A stretch of 64,000 bases of DNA from Macrostomum lignano (Eukaryota), in contig NIVC01000762.1 in the NCBI GenBank assembly GCA_002269645.1, positions 224,638-288,637 on the forward strand, read 5' to 3'. Below are positions 32,101-47,956 of the stretch, piece by piece; within the stretch, counting starts at the first letter, position 1; every line of letters starts with the position of its first letter. Position numbers and translations under genes: made by a program. Under the pieces are notes generated by a model. The model did not search any database, had not been told where the DNA came from, and saw only the letters and a program-made list of their open reading frames with translations.

Positions 32101-32712
32101 GGCCTCGCCGCACAGGTCGCAATTCTGGTTGAGCTTGCGCTGCATTGCGTTTACTCTATCCTGCATCCCGGAGGGTCCGGCACGCTTAAGAGCTGGCTGT
32201 TCGTTCTTGGCGATAAGCTTAGTACCCAACGGATGGTTATCCTTAATGATGAGGCTCAGCTCTTCAGCCAGCAGGTACAAGTCTACAAGAGTATCAGCAA
32301 GGGCTTCGTTCGACAATCGTTCAGATGTAATGGTGAAATTCTGATCGTTGCGCTCGAAACCAATGCGTTCTAATAGTTGGTCAACGCCCGAGAGGCACTG
32401 GCAGAATGAGGCCTGCACCCTGTGCCAATCCGGTGGTCGGTCTCTCTCTGGACGCAGCAGGTGCTTGAGCTTGTTGCGCAGAAATAAACAGGACCGCTTG
32501 ACGTCTTCGGCTGATTTTTTGTCACCCGACATGGCGGCGCGAGCATCCACTAGCTTGTACTTTTGGTTGATCTGCATTTGCAGCAGTTCGCCATAGTCTA
32601 GCTGGCGACTATCTCGGATGGCCTCAAGCAGATTAGATCTGGCATTGCGAACTGAAACATCGCCAAGACCTCCGGAGTTCGGAATCGGGGGCAACGGCCT
32701 CGATTGGGCCAT
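29146..32712 (-). CDS. RNF31: Full-length HOIP (RNF31), catalytic subunit of LUBAC; intronless ORF
   Basis: 1188 aa with a PUB-like N-terminus (RPPDWHRV..LLERIGF..TLVDLYLLAEEL), B-box (LCESCDGRWHGHPDRRSH), two NZFs and a UBA region. RING1, IBR, RING2 GGCLHF, HPRDCLFYLRD and LDD EQKEV..DEPCG..LCEKHY.EYLVSLVN are closely colinear with human HOIP motifs. Confidence 0.93.
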   Translation of the reverse strand: MAQSRPLPPIPNSGGLGDVSVRNARSNLLEAIRDSRQLDYGELLQMQINQKYKLVDARAAMSGDKKSAEDVKRSCLFLRNKLKHLLRPERDRPPDWHRVQASFCQCLSGVDQLLERIGFERNDQNFTITSERLSNEALADTLVDLYLLAEELSLIIKDNHPLGTKLIAKNEQPALKRAGPSGMQDRVNAMQRKLNQNCDLCGEAAATVACQEKHCSKRRLCESCDGRWHGHPDRRSHNRRKISDAVGSNAVRLVPPGVVGPASVQLNSGVRKVVSNSQAVSYKSQIGLMGNNSPNLAQQQQQPAPVAAAAAAAPAVAVPPPRVPPPQYPGQKPRYVLPQQQPQQPPRQPPRQQPSDTSESDARVMKLNEFMMSLKPISEERSFSKPAGDIRRPPTPEEEFFDCSDQLPPQPSLPAPQPPQQPQSIPKPKPRLSKSIVPKPETAPPPPQQQLPPRPVPTEPTEANSWPCPVCTALNPIAETKLIKSSRVICSVCSMTCDDKEIIAKVKKQQQEPAIKQPEAPKQVEIPDRAPLKPKQEPLSNDQDWSCSACTMFNPITAKSCAICQTPRELGGSDGIKLPFEVKPVARQRNPEMEEAANRQLLKLIQDIEFSGFDGRLGQLYLVATADDGAQSEARFKAWVAEKWPALIEQVGCEVAKVLQDDNAGVRPSFDDVASAVLDNTCDLEAAIQLCAQRHKAKVAWIAENCPELLQSAHEVNLDFQGDGDFTNFYQAENERVFRDFAQFLFCKEGQEPPKFDRMNGSEASLHCLMGEFDLRKISDAQTLFQLMKNSEFKGCDLHDLAEAAKSSNNRCDYVDFVKSFLQCECSICTGEFPKHKLLPMASCQCELCHECFRNFVTTTMTGGGHVTDLHCPMCQFPNANQIEELESHFGILLPQIKQIQGLQQSEYTFDENVVEIVEQKITEWNLIRDPNFRWCSNSICGFGMVLGEIMFGLKFQCPICKAFTCKECKKPWKDQHEGIDCDQFGKWLMDNDPEYQEKGVGFFLQANGIECPNCGFQYALAKGGCLHFTCRMCRFQFCAGCDGEYTIIQGRGLGGCKHPRDCLFYLRDFGVDRLQQLLHLHKVEFESEAENPVDKCEVMEQKEVGSSLKDEPCGVDVKPGQANLCEKHYIEYLVSLVNKQKLDPVSVMDEGELRGACLRERIDCSGVGENNVATLRALIAQQKPLVK

Positions 32713-34961
32713 GACTGACAGTTTCTAAGTCGAATTTCAGTTAATTTAGAACACAGATTTTGCACAGGAATGTCAATTTTGAAGTTTGCTATTGAGTGTT
32801 GCTTTTATAAAGTTGTCCAAATATGGCATCAAGCCTCTCTATCTGGCCCTCGAATCCTTTGAAACTTTAAAATTGCAATCCAGCCCTTCTTTTCTAAGCT
32901 CTCTTCTCTCCCGTCTTCTCTTTCTTTTTCTCTCTCTATTCTGATTTCCTCTCTCATCTCTTCTTTCTTTTTATCTCTAATCGCATTTATCCTCTTATTT
33001 TCTCTCTCTTATCTTCCCTCTCATCACATCTCACATCTAATCTTATCTTTTCTCTTTCATCTCTTTTGTCATCCTGTTTCCCATTTCTCATCTCTCCCCT
33101 CAGCATATAGACCTTGCAGTTACACAGATAGAAAAGAACTGCTCTTATAGCTATGACTACATAAATCTGGTAGTTTGAACTCTTTCCTATAGATTTCAAT
33201 AGTCATCGTTTTGACTTTTCAAACTATTGTTAGAAAAAATAATGTAAAACAATGTAAAAATGTAAAAATACAGCTTTATAAAAATACAGTGATTTAGAAA
33301 GAAGCTATAATTCTGCATACAACTATGCTTATTATAAAAAATTAAAAGTCTAATACTAGGATAGGCATAAATAAAATACAAACTAGCTTACTAATAAGTA
33401 GTAGGTTGGGACTGTGATACAGCATTTATTTTTACATATGGGACAAATGTATACCTACTATTAATAATGCCAATATTCTTTTATAGATCTTTTAATAATT
33501 TCCAAATAACATAAATTCTGATATAATTGAAATCTCATAAGAATAACTTAAAGCACTTAATACTCTAATATTTAGTTGAATTACAGTAGGATTGTCATAG
33601 GATCTGTCTCTTTAACAAACTTCTAGCTTGCTACCTATAGATACTATATTTTTAACATACATTAAGTATATAATTATAGACTAATACACTTCTTGATTTA
33701 GAAAATATGTCTAAAAAAGTTTTTTTAGATGTTTCAGATTTTTTTTGCTTTTAGCTATTCATTTTAAATTTTTTTAAATGCTTAGTTTCCCAATTGCAGC
33801 CAAAGTCTTACCTGTGGAAGATACCTTTTTTAGACTAGACTTTTTTCTTTCTCATGCATGGTCTTATACCTTTCTCCCTCTGTCTAATATAAATTATAAA
33901 TTGATAATGCTATTATTGCCTACAACTCTATGAAATCTATTGGACTATTCACAAAAAATTGGACTATTTTATGCTTAAATGCATTATTACATAGCTTTTA
34001 CTTGTATGTTGTAATATATGACTATCTTAAAGATATTTGAAAGGAATTTCTCAATATATAAGTATTAAAAAGTTTAAAATAGTTACAATATATTGAAGGA
34101 CATCTATACCTTAGAAAGAATTCTTTTATTTTCCTTTTCCTTCCTTTCCTTTCTTTTCCTAAATGAAAACATTTAACATTTTTTATTTAACATAAGCTTT
34201 AAGGTAAGTTTGGCTATGATAGAATTTTACCTTTTAATTTAGTTAAAACTAAACATATATATATATTTTAAATAATTATGCTATAAATCTAATAGCTAAG
34301 TTTATCTGTTAAAACTTTAACAATTTAGGACCATATCTATTTGGCATTGTAGGCATAGGCATTAGAATATTTAAAAAAGTAAGTGGCCAGCTAGCCCTTT
34401 TCCAAAGCAAACCACTTCAATCAATAAATGAAAGATTGATTTTATTCAATTTTTTTAATTTCCAGAAACTGAACTAACATATAAAATCATGATATTTTCT
34501 ATATTTTTATATGAAGACAAAGTCCTTATCTTATAATTTTAGAAGTCATTTGCAAGAAAATATATCAAGAGTTGCTTAAAAATGGATGGGAGGCCAGGTA
34601 CCACTGATGCCCCTAACTTCAAAAGTGGTAGGGGGCATGACCCATTGCCCTCCCCTCATTTTATGTCAAAATTTAATAATATATATAATCTTAGGTCAAA
34701 ATTAAAAATGCCAAATTGAAAACTAAGATATTAGCTGGTACAAATATTATTTAAGACATTCAAAATCAAATAAATTTCAACATCCATCATTTATCCCTTA
34801 TGTAGCAAAGCCTTTCTGACCAAAGTTGCTAAGGTCTACAACTTTCATAGTTACATTAGAGCCTAATCAAACTTTACAACTTGATAGAAGTCTTAAGAAA
34901 ACCCAATAATGCCAGTGACTAGAAGTATCAATCAATATTCTAAATTTAATATGAACTACAA

Positions 34962-36960
34962 CTTACTTACTTACTACTGACGGGGGGCGCAGGCGCCGCG
35001 AATAGGCCGCGAGGCCCCTATCGCAACCCCAAGGTAAAAGAGCACAAGGATTAGCCTTGGGGGTGCGCCCAGTCCCCGCCAGTAGTCGGCAGGTCCGCAG
35101 TGGAGGCATCGGCGACCCTCATCCGGCCGGAGTCCCGGACGAAGGCGCGGAGGTCTCGGATATTGTCCGCGGTGGTCAGCTCGTCCATCCGCTGGGGTGG
35201 CCGAGGTATTTGTGCCGCGCCTTGTTGAAGTAAGGGCAGAAGGTGACGTGATGCTCCGCGGTCTCCTCTCCTATGCCACAGAAGGGACAGGTGGGAGGGC
35301 AACCGGTTTGCAACGATATATGTCTCTGGAAGAATCCGTGGCCGGTTAGGACCATGCACATCTCCCTGAGGTCGGTTCTGTTAAGCGAAATCAGATAATC
35401 AGAGACTTTCCTGTTCAGGTTAGGCATGGCAGAGCGGCTCTGCCTGTACTCGGTGCAGCTGTTCCAGTGGAGCTGGTGCTGCTGATGGAGCCACCTGTTG
35501 ATATGGCGGGTGACTTGCGACCTGGGAGTGGGTAGCCTCATCAGACGGTGGTTGCCGTCTGGGTTGCTGCCCTCCTTGGCGAGAGAGTCTGCGAGCTCGT
35601 TGCCCAGGATGTTGCTGTGACCAGGTGTCCAGATAATTCTAATCCTGTTAAGGACTGAGAGAGATTGCACACTGCGGTGGCATTGAGATACTGTAGCAGC
35701 GGAGATATTCTCAGTGGTTAAGGCCTTAATAGCAGCTTGGCTATCAGTGTAGAAATTAATGTCAAAATTATTAATGTTCGCCTGAAACAGTTGCTGGGCA
35801 CACTGCTCGATGGCGCAAATTTCAGCTTGGAAAACTGAGGTGTTCTCACCGAGGTGCAGACTTTCCTGGAGAAGCATCTTACCCTCGTGGAAAATGGCAA
35901 TACCCGCTCCAGCGCGGCCGTTGAACAGCGAGCCGTTGGTGAAGCAGTGAATGCCCTGGCTGCGCCGGTTCACACCGACATCCAGCGGAATGTTGTCTCG
36001 GCCAGGGATGGCGGTCTTGAAGCCCCTCCTGATGTTGAGGGCGGGAGGTCGACTATCCACATTGCCCAGGTCCATGTGGATGTTGTTAAGGTCGCGGCGG
36101 ACAAAGTCCATATGCGGGATTAATGTTTTCATTGGCATAAAGCCAGAGGGCGCGTTATTTAACGTTTTATCTCTGATAAGCCGGGAGGCAGACTTCATAG
36201 CCTCCGCCCTAATAAATAGGTGAAGCGGAGGTAGGTTAAGGATAGTGTTCAGCCCCTCGTAAGGGGTGGACGGGTACGCACCTGTGATGGCACGGCAAAT
36301 GCTGCCCTGAAGCTGGTACAGCCGCTGACGGGCGGCCTTCTGCTCCAGCACGCTAGTCCAGATGAGACTCGCGTATGTGATACTGGGCCGGATGATGTCG
36401 GTATAAATCCAACGGACCGTTCTAGGCGAGAGGCCCCAAGTCGGCCCGATGGCTCTGCGCAGCTGGGCAAAGCAGCGTTTTGCCCGACCGATGACGTTAT
36501 CAAGGTGCTTCGTCCAGCGCAGGTCATGCGTTAGCGTCACACCGAGGTATTTGACCTCCTTCTTGAAGGGGATGTTTCTGCCATAGACAGTGAGGTTTTT
36601 CATCTCCCACTTACGGCGCTTGGTGAAAACGACAGCGACAGTCTTAGTGACGCTGATTTTTAGGCCATGCTGTGTAGCCCAGTCGGCCGCCTTGTCGGCG
36701 AATTGCTGCATCAGGTTGCGCAGAGTGGCGGGGTCGGGTCCGCTGACGACCGCGGCAACGTCATCGGCGTAGCCCGCCCTGGTGATACTGCTGGGAATGT
36801 CAGCGGTTAGAAGTTCGTCCATGACGAGATTCCAGAGAAGTGGAGTTAGCACGCCACCTTGCGGGCCGCCTTTCATCACCGCCCGGGTGAGGGTAACGCC
36901 CATAAGTGTGGATGTCACAAACCTTTTGCTTTAGATGTCAAAAGATGTCACAAACCTTTC
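34962..36960 (-). mobile_element. 5'-truncated LINE with RT C-terminal half + RNase H + CCHC motif (LOA/R1-like clade), 11-bp TSD
   Basis: ORF 35176-36918 has [20 protein letters not shown], RNase H motifs (FTNGS, FQAE, YTDSQ, WTPGH..GNELAD) and CPFC..H..FC. There is a 3' (TAAG)3 tail. TSD atgaactacaa lies at 34951-34961 and 36961-36971. Confidence 0.92.
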
Positions 36961-38673
36961 ATGAACTACAAGACATAAAACTTAAAATGGTATCTAATAT
37001 CCAAGTCCGAATCCTAATAGTAGTGTAGGGCCTATTTGACATAACAGCTCTGGCTATAGTATATATTTGTAGCACTAAAAAATATAAAATAGAACTTAAC
37101 CAAAAAAGCACTTTTATTTTTTCCTTCATATAATAGGCTTGTGCAATTTTTTTTACATCTTAAATTTTGTCAGTCAGATTCAGAACAAGGTACAAAAATA
37201 TCTAATTTTTTTTGACACTCCCAAAACTAATTACAAGTCAGCATAAAACTACCCATACAAAATCTGTGCCAAAAAGTTGCTTAAGCATCAATAATAAAGT
37301 AGAAACTGATCTAATTCAATGTAAGGACAATATTTTAAAAGCTATCAAAAAATGAAGTGCAAAGTTGAGCATTGCAACTCGTCCGAGACAACTTTAGTAC
37401 CTGGTTTAACAGGACCTTGTTAAATTAAATGCGAAAGCGAAAACTGATAAAATTACTAGGGTTTATTTTCTATTGTAAGTAAAAGTTTACATAAATAACT
37501 TAAATTCAAATTAGTATCGGTCTTTAAGTTTTGGCAGTTCAGTCAGTCTTGTTATTTTATTCATTTCATTTTCTTAATTCACTCAATTATAAAGCCGCTA
37601 AAAACTTGAATAAAAAAATACGACCCATTTAAAATATTACCGTAGGCGTAGGCTCGTAAATTTGTGCTTTCTAGCTCATTCAGTTTTAAAAAGCATAGCA
37701 TGAAATACATTTAACTACAGCCAATTGATGGGCTTGTCCTACATGCACTGATCGCCTATGCAGGCTAATACATGATAATGTATTTAAAGCTTAGCTTTGA
37801 TCACTTAAGGAAGGCCTTTGAAAATCCATTATTCTTTTCTTTAAAATAATTCTTGCCACTCCGTTGCCTGAAACAGCAATAAATCGAGTACAAAATACTA
37901 AATGTATAAACTGAACATAGTGTATACGTATGTTTGATTTCCAATCTGACTAAATTGACGATAGATCGTTGTGAACACAAGCGTCTGACTTTGACAAGAG
38001 GGCTGAAAAGTAGACCATAAATTTCTCTTCCAGATACTTTGGCACCAAAAGTGATACGTATATAATCAGAAATAAAAGTTTCCCCAGGACAGTAGTTTGA
38101 CTTTGACTTCTCATGTATCATAAACAACTTCTTCAATCTTTAGTTTTAAATGCCATGTCAGTCGAGTCATTATTGACCCAGAAGTTACTCACAGTAAAAC
38201 TGCAAGCCCAATATCAAAATATAGAAAAATCTAAATCTCGCCTATACTAATTAAATGTCATAATAGAGATATGGACATTGAATCTCAGACGCGATTTTAA
38301 TATAAAAGGAATAAGGCTGAGAGCTCATCTATCTAAACTGTAGTTATAGTTAGTTAGTTAGCTAGTTAGTTAGTTAGTTAGTTAGTTAGTAGATAGCGAG
38401 AAAGAGCGAGCGAAGCGAGCTCTTTCGAGCTTGCTTGCCGCAGCCAATCAAGCTGAATGCACGCACACAAGATCACCGGAAACGATTAAGGCAGCTGAAA
38501 AGCCAATGGGCGCGGTAAGCGCTTTTATCCAGAGGAACTACCTGCTGGAACCAGCCATGCCGAACGAAAATCAGACTACTCAAGTAGTGCAAAAGAGTGC
38601 GAGCAACTACCGAGAAATCTAATTTTCGTAACCGCTCCGGTGCAGGTCCTGGCAATAGATGGTAGATAGCCGC

Positions 38674-42116
<3,443 letters not shown>

Positions 42117-42361
42117 CCTTTCGGCAATTCTATACCCAATCCAATCCTCCAATCCAAACCCAAGTCTCTCAACCCCTCCGCCCGCATCGCCCCGCGGAAG
42201 GCACCTCGGGTTGCTCCTATTGGTTGGCTCGACCGGGAATCTGAATCATCATATATCTTCATTATTAGCGGCCGCATTCATTAATAACAGAAGCTCCAAA
42301 TCCAAACGGTTGATTTTTTATCTGCTCGATTGCGCGCACTACAAACTACTGAGGCGGAGAC

Positions 42362-42497
42362 ATGATTCGAGCCCTGGCATCCAGCGGCTGCGGCGAGCAG
42401 GCATCGAGCCGACGAAAACAGGAGAAGCCGACCCAAATCAGCCCCGGAGATCGAAGCGGCTCAGGACGTACCGAATCCGAGGAGACTGCTCCCAGTG
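42362..42497 (+). CDS. BCL11: BCL11-like gene, predicted exon 1 with NuRD-binding SRRKQxKP motif
   Basis: MIRALASSGCGEQASSRRKQEKPTQI resembles BCL11 MSRRKQGKPQHL. Phase-1 donor G|GTGAGT. Confidence 0.6.
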
Positions 42498-42699
42498 GTG
42501 AGTTCTTGAGCTCACTAGTGCCATGCATTTTCTCTGATAAGTGCCAATGATCTGACTAACAACTACAGAGACCAACTACTGTAGCCATAGAGTAGAACTT
42601 TATTGCTTAACCCCACTTTGATATCCTGCTCTAACATAAGACTTCTATCATCTCTCTCGCCCTTTTGATCAGCATTTTTCTATTCTTTCTTTTATTCCT

Positions 42700-43470
42700 A
42701 TCTTTCTTCCCTCTCCGTGCCTTTCTTCTCCTCTCTCCCTGCCTTTCTCCTCCTCTCTCCCTGCCTTTCTCCTCCTCTCTCCCTGCCTTTCTCCTCGTCT
42801 CTCCCTGCCTTTCTTCTCCTCTCTCCCTGCCTTTCTTCTTTTCTCTCCCTGCCTTTCTTCTCCTCTCTCCCTGCCTTTCTCCTCCTCTCTCCCTGCCTTT
42901 CTTCTCCTCTCTCCCTGCCTTTCTTCTCCTCTCTCCCTGCCTTTCTCCTCCTCTCTCCCTGCCTTTCTTCTCCTCTCTCCCTGCCTTTCTTCTCTTCTCT
43001 CCCTGCCTTTCTTCTCCTCTCTCCCTGCCTTTCTTCTCCTCTCTCCCTGCCTTTCTCCTCCTCTCTCCCTGCCTTTCTTCTCCTCTCTCCCTGCCTTTCT
43101 CCTCCTCTCTCCCTGCCTTTCTCCTCCTCTCTCCCTGCCTTTCTCATCCCCCCTCCCTGCCTTTCTTCTCCTCTCTCCCTGCCTTTCTTCTCCTCTCTCC
43201 CTGCCTTTCTTCTCCTCTCTCCCTGCCTTTCTTCTCCTCTCTCCCTGCCTTTCTTCTCCTCTCTTCCTGCCTTTCTCCTCCTCTCTCCCTACCTTTCTTC
43301 TCCTCTCTCTCCCCCTGTCTTTCTCCTCTCTCTCCCTGCCTTTCTTCTCCTCTCTCCCTGCCTTTCTCCTCCTCTCTCCCTGCCTTTCTCCTCCTCTCTC
43401 CCTGCCTTTCTCCTCTCTCTCCCTGCCTTTCTTCTCCTCTCTCTCCCCCTGTCTTTCTCCTCTCTTTCTT
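42700..43470. repeat. CT-rich polypyrimidine minisatellite (ctctccctgcctttcttctc-like) in BCL11 intron 1
   Basis: Direct reading. Confidence 0.93.
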
Positions 43471-43989
43471 TAGTCTACTCACGCTTGCCTCTACCAGATA
43501 TTTGAATCACGGAAAGCTTTCGCGCAAATCCTGTACAATAGTCGAATTCTATAGCTGAGCTTGAAAACAAAACTTTTGACCTCCGCGAACTATACAATCG
43601 CACAAGTAGTAACAAAGACGCAAAAAGTTTTGCGTTAATATGTCCTCTCATTTTTTCTTGTTTTTCTAAGCTCGGTCAACACTGGAAAATCTAGTTGGCC
43701 TACGCATGACAGACAGCTGTCGCTAACTCAGCCTGATTACACAGAGTGGGATAAAGACTGGTTGACCAGTGAAAGCTTGAAAAAACTGTGAAATCTTTTA
43801 GCCTCATCTATATTAGCAATACAATAGGCTGCCTTAGACTCTTTGTCCACCCAACCCCCAAACGTCTTTCAAGAAGGGGATGCATTAGAGAGCAGTGTGG
43901 GAAAAATGCGATAAAAAAGTTGGTGTCAAGTGGCTTACAGTTTCACAAGTCTAGCTTTATTCCAAGTGACCTTCTACTCGTATCTGTCC

Positions 43990-44340
43990 TCAAATCCCCC
44001 TCATATCTATCCTCAAATATCCCTCATATCTATCCTCAAATACCCCTCATATCTATTCTCAAATACCCCTTATATCTATCCTCAAATATCCCTCATATCT
44101 ATCCTCAAATACCCCTCATATCTATCCTCAAATACCCCTCATATCTATCCTCAAATACCCCTCATATCTATCCTCAGATATCCCTCATATCTATTCTCAA
44201 ATACCCCTCATATCTATCCTCAAATATCCCTCATATCTATCCTCAAATACCCCTCATATCTATCCTCAAATACCCCTCATATCTATCCTCAAATACCCCT
44301 TATACCTATCCTCAAATACCCCTCATTCCTATCCTCAAAC
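43990..44340. repeat. 23-bp minisatellite (tatcctcaaatacccctcatatc)
   Basis: About 15 units. Confidence 0.9.
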
Positions 44341-44845
44341 ACTCCGCAAATGTGACACGGAGACAAAAAGGTGAGAAGTCTCTTTTTCGGTTCCGTAATT
44401 CACTGATGAATTTAAAAAAATGTTTAGAGTAAAAACTGAGCTTGAGTGTTTGAGGCTTCAGTGGCCTTCAGGACCCTGGCGGCCCTTCAGCCGCACTGAA
44501 GCCGCACTGAAGCCTCACTGGGGGGGGGGTGCCAGCTACAGAGGGGTTTAGGCATTCATTGACCGGATTGAGTAGGCTGGAGACAATGGGCTGCAAGCGG
44601 AGCACAAAGGAGAGCCAGCCATCGCTTTATCAACCTGAGCGGTGCTTTTTTTGCAATTTCGCTCAAACGAATCGCCACGCGCTCTCAGCTCGGCCAAGCG
44701 AATCGCCTGCCGGCTAAGAGCGACTCTGCGACTCTCTGCTTCTGAAGCCAAAAACCCGACTCGCTTGAGTTCACTTTGGCCCGAAATGAGAGCCATGGGA
44801 GTTCTGCGATGTGCTTTGACGACTGCCGCTCTGGTAGCTGCACAC

Positions 44846-45186
<341 letters not shown>

Positions 45187-45905
45187 CATTAATTCAGCAA
45201 TGGCTTGCGGGTTTTTTCGATCTGCCGCCCGCATGGCAGCCCGGCAGGTCCCAGACCGACCCTCGTGGGACAGCAGAAAGCGGCACTGGGCCAGGGGGCA
45301 GAGACAATGGAAGCAGCTCGCAGACAATAGCAGATCAGCGAAGAGTGGATTCTCCCCCCCCCCCCGGCTTGAGCTATCTCTAGAGAGGATGCCGCTCGGC
45401 TCAGCTGAGTGGAGTCTGAGCAACAATCACAGCCGTAGCTGCTCGGGCACTCAGAGGGCCATTTTCAATTTCATTTCAACAGGCGAGCAGGCGGGGAGCC
45501 CTCATCATGCCGCCCCAGCCTCCTCTGCCCATTCTTTTTCCCTGGCCACTCATGTATGCAATTTTTCTGCTTTTTTACTGAGCCTTTTTCCAGCTCTGCA
45601 TTTTTTGTCAGGCCCTTTGCCCTGATCCGCGGGTGAATTTAAGCAGCAGGGATAATATGCCAGCGATGGCTGATTTGATTGATTCAAGCCCAAGCATAGT
45701 GGCGATCGCATCTGTATGGGGGATTCTGGTTGCTCAGTTTGAAAATTGAATAATTTTATCATATCTGAGAATACGTGACCTCTTTGTTTGCTTTGCTTAC
45801 CGGGAGGAAACAGGTTATACCTGCTTAGTTTCACTTTACATTGTCAGCTAATTTTTTCTCTTCAATTTCTGTTGAGTTGCACCGGTTTAAATCTCTTCCC
45901 CACAG

Positions 45906-46049
45906 AGATTGCGGTCGCTTCTGCGGTCTTGAAGTCTTCGAACTCTAACGTGATGACGACTCAATCCAGCAGTCAGCAGCAGGGACCGTCTGAGTCGCTC
46001 ACGGAGAGCAAGGATGCCTGGACCAGCACCCGAGGCTGTGTGGACTCAA
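45906..46049 (+). CDS. BCL11: BCL11-like gene, predicted exon 2 (144 nt, phase 1-1)
   Basis: Acceptor ttccccacag| and donor A|GTGAGT. It is open and joins exons 1 and 3 in frame. Confidence 0.5.
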
Positions 46050-46059
46050 GTGAGTCAAA

Positions 46060-46742
46060 GGGGAACAGAGGGGAACAGAGGGGAACAGAGGGAACAGAGG
46101 GGAACAGAGGGGAACAGAGGGGAACAGAGGGGAACAGAGGGGAACAGAGGGGAACAGAGGGGAACAGAGGGGAACAGAGGGGAACAGAGGGGAACAGAGG
46201 GGAACAGAAGGGAACAGAGGGGAACAGAGGGGAACAGAGGGGAACAAAGGGGAACAGAGGGGAAGAGAGGGGAAGAGATGGGAAAGGAGGGGAACAGAGG
46301 GGAACAGAGGGAAACAGCGGGGAAAAGAGGGTAACAGAGGGGAACAGAGGGGAACAGAGGGGAACAGAGGGGAACAGAGGGGAACAGAGGGGAACAGAGG
46401 GGAACAGAGAGGAACAGAGGGGAAGAGAGGGGAACAGAGGGTAACAGAAGGTAACAGAGGGGAACAGAGGGGAACAGAGGGGAACAGTGGGGAACAGAGG
46501 GGAACAGAGGGGAACAGAGGGGAACAGAGGGGAACAGAGGGGAACAGAGGGGAACAGAGAGGAACAGAGGGGAAGAGAGGAGAAGAGAGGGGAACAGAGG
46601 GGAACAGTGGGGAACAGAGGGGGAGAGAGGGGAACAGAGGGGAACAGAGGGGAACTGTGGGGAACAGAGGGGAACAGAGGGGAACAGTGGGGAACAGAGG
46701 GGAACAGAGGGGAACAGAGGGGAACAGAGGGGAACAGAGGGG
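46060..46742. repeat. 10-bp tandem repeat (gggaacagag)n in BCL11 intron 2
   Basis: Direct reading. Confidence 0.96.
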
Positions 46743-46841
46743 AAAGAAGTGTAGTTGGGTGTGCGGAGAGGCGAGAGGGAGCAGAGGCACATTCATGCAT
46801 GTTACACAGACAAAGACGCAAGCCGCCAACTCACCCTCCAG

Positions 46842-47956
46842 CCCCTGGCAACGCAGCGGACCCGGCAGCCGGAGGTCAACAGTCGGACGAACCCAGCAGT
46901 TTCGTGTGCCGCAAATGCCTGTGCAGCTACCGAAGCGCCTGGCAGCTGCTGCAGCATGCCCAGTCCCAGCACCGGCTGGAGATCTTCCTGTCCTCGGGAG
47001 AGGGCATCGCTGCCGCAACGGAAAACGCTTCAACGACAAGCTCCTCGCCGCTGACGCACACGCCACCACCGCCGCCGTCGCTGCAACAGCATCCCGAGAA
47101 GCGGCGTCTGGCGCTCCAGGCCGGTCTGTTCGACCCGAGCCTGATGCTGCCGCCGCCGCCGCCGCCTCCACCGACCAGCTCGAGTCTGCTGTCATCGGCT
47201 GCCGCATTCTACGCTGCCAGATCGCCCTACAGTCCCCACTGCTGGCACCCAGCTGTCACGGCTGCTATGGCGGCCGCCATGGCGGCTTCCGCGGCGGCCA
47301 AGCGGCCAAGGCTGGATTTCGAAGGTCCTCAGCAGCAGCATCAGCTGCCTCTGCCGCTGCAGCTGCCACCACCGCAGCTCTGGCGACGCAGCTCGGTGGT
47401 ACCGCAGCCGCCGCCGCTGCCTCCGCCGCCGCTCCTGCCGCCAGCCCTGTCTCCGGCCGGACCTCCAGCCTCAAGCGTATCTCAAGCCGCTGCACCGCCG
47501 ACTTCCTCTGTGTCGCTACCGACAGCGGCTGTCGATATTGATTCTGGAAATGCTAAAAACGCCAAGAACCTCAGCAGCAGCAGCAGCAGCAGCAACAAGA
47601 ACAATCAACCTGCCTCAACTGCAGACGCCGACGCCATTGCAGCAACACCGTCGCCGACAAAGTCTCGACGCAGCGACACCTGCGAGTTCTGCGGCAAAGT
47701 GTTCAAGAACTGCTCGAACCTGACTGTGCACAGGCGGAGCCACACGGGTGAGAAGCCGTACAGCTGCCGGCTGTGCAGCTACGCCTGCGCGCAGAGCAGC
47801 AAGCTGACGCGGCACATGAAGACGCACGGCGGCAAGAGCGCTGCTGCGCACGTGTGCACCCGATGCCGCACGCCGTTCAGCGTTGCCAGCACTCTCGAGA
47901 AGCACCTGCGCAAGTGCCAAGCCGATGGAACTGACGACGTCCCAGAAGCCAATTGA
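46842..47956 (+). CDS. BCL11: BCL11A/B-family (Chronophage-like) C2H2 zinc-finger transcription factor, main exon
   Basis: [24 protein letters not shown] and a C-terminal triple finger [61 protein letters not shown], diagnostic of BCL11. Acceptor ccctccag| at 46841. Confidence 0.92.

Noticed and set aside
33200-34500. Highly decayed L1/Tx1-like RT remnant (an IPFKYL* fragment on the minus strand)
   Set aside because: One short motif in very AT-rich DNA with many stops; not supportable without a profile search.
37801-38655. Short ORFs between the LINE and the TTAG array
   Set aside because: No recognisable motifs or splice context.
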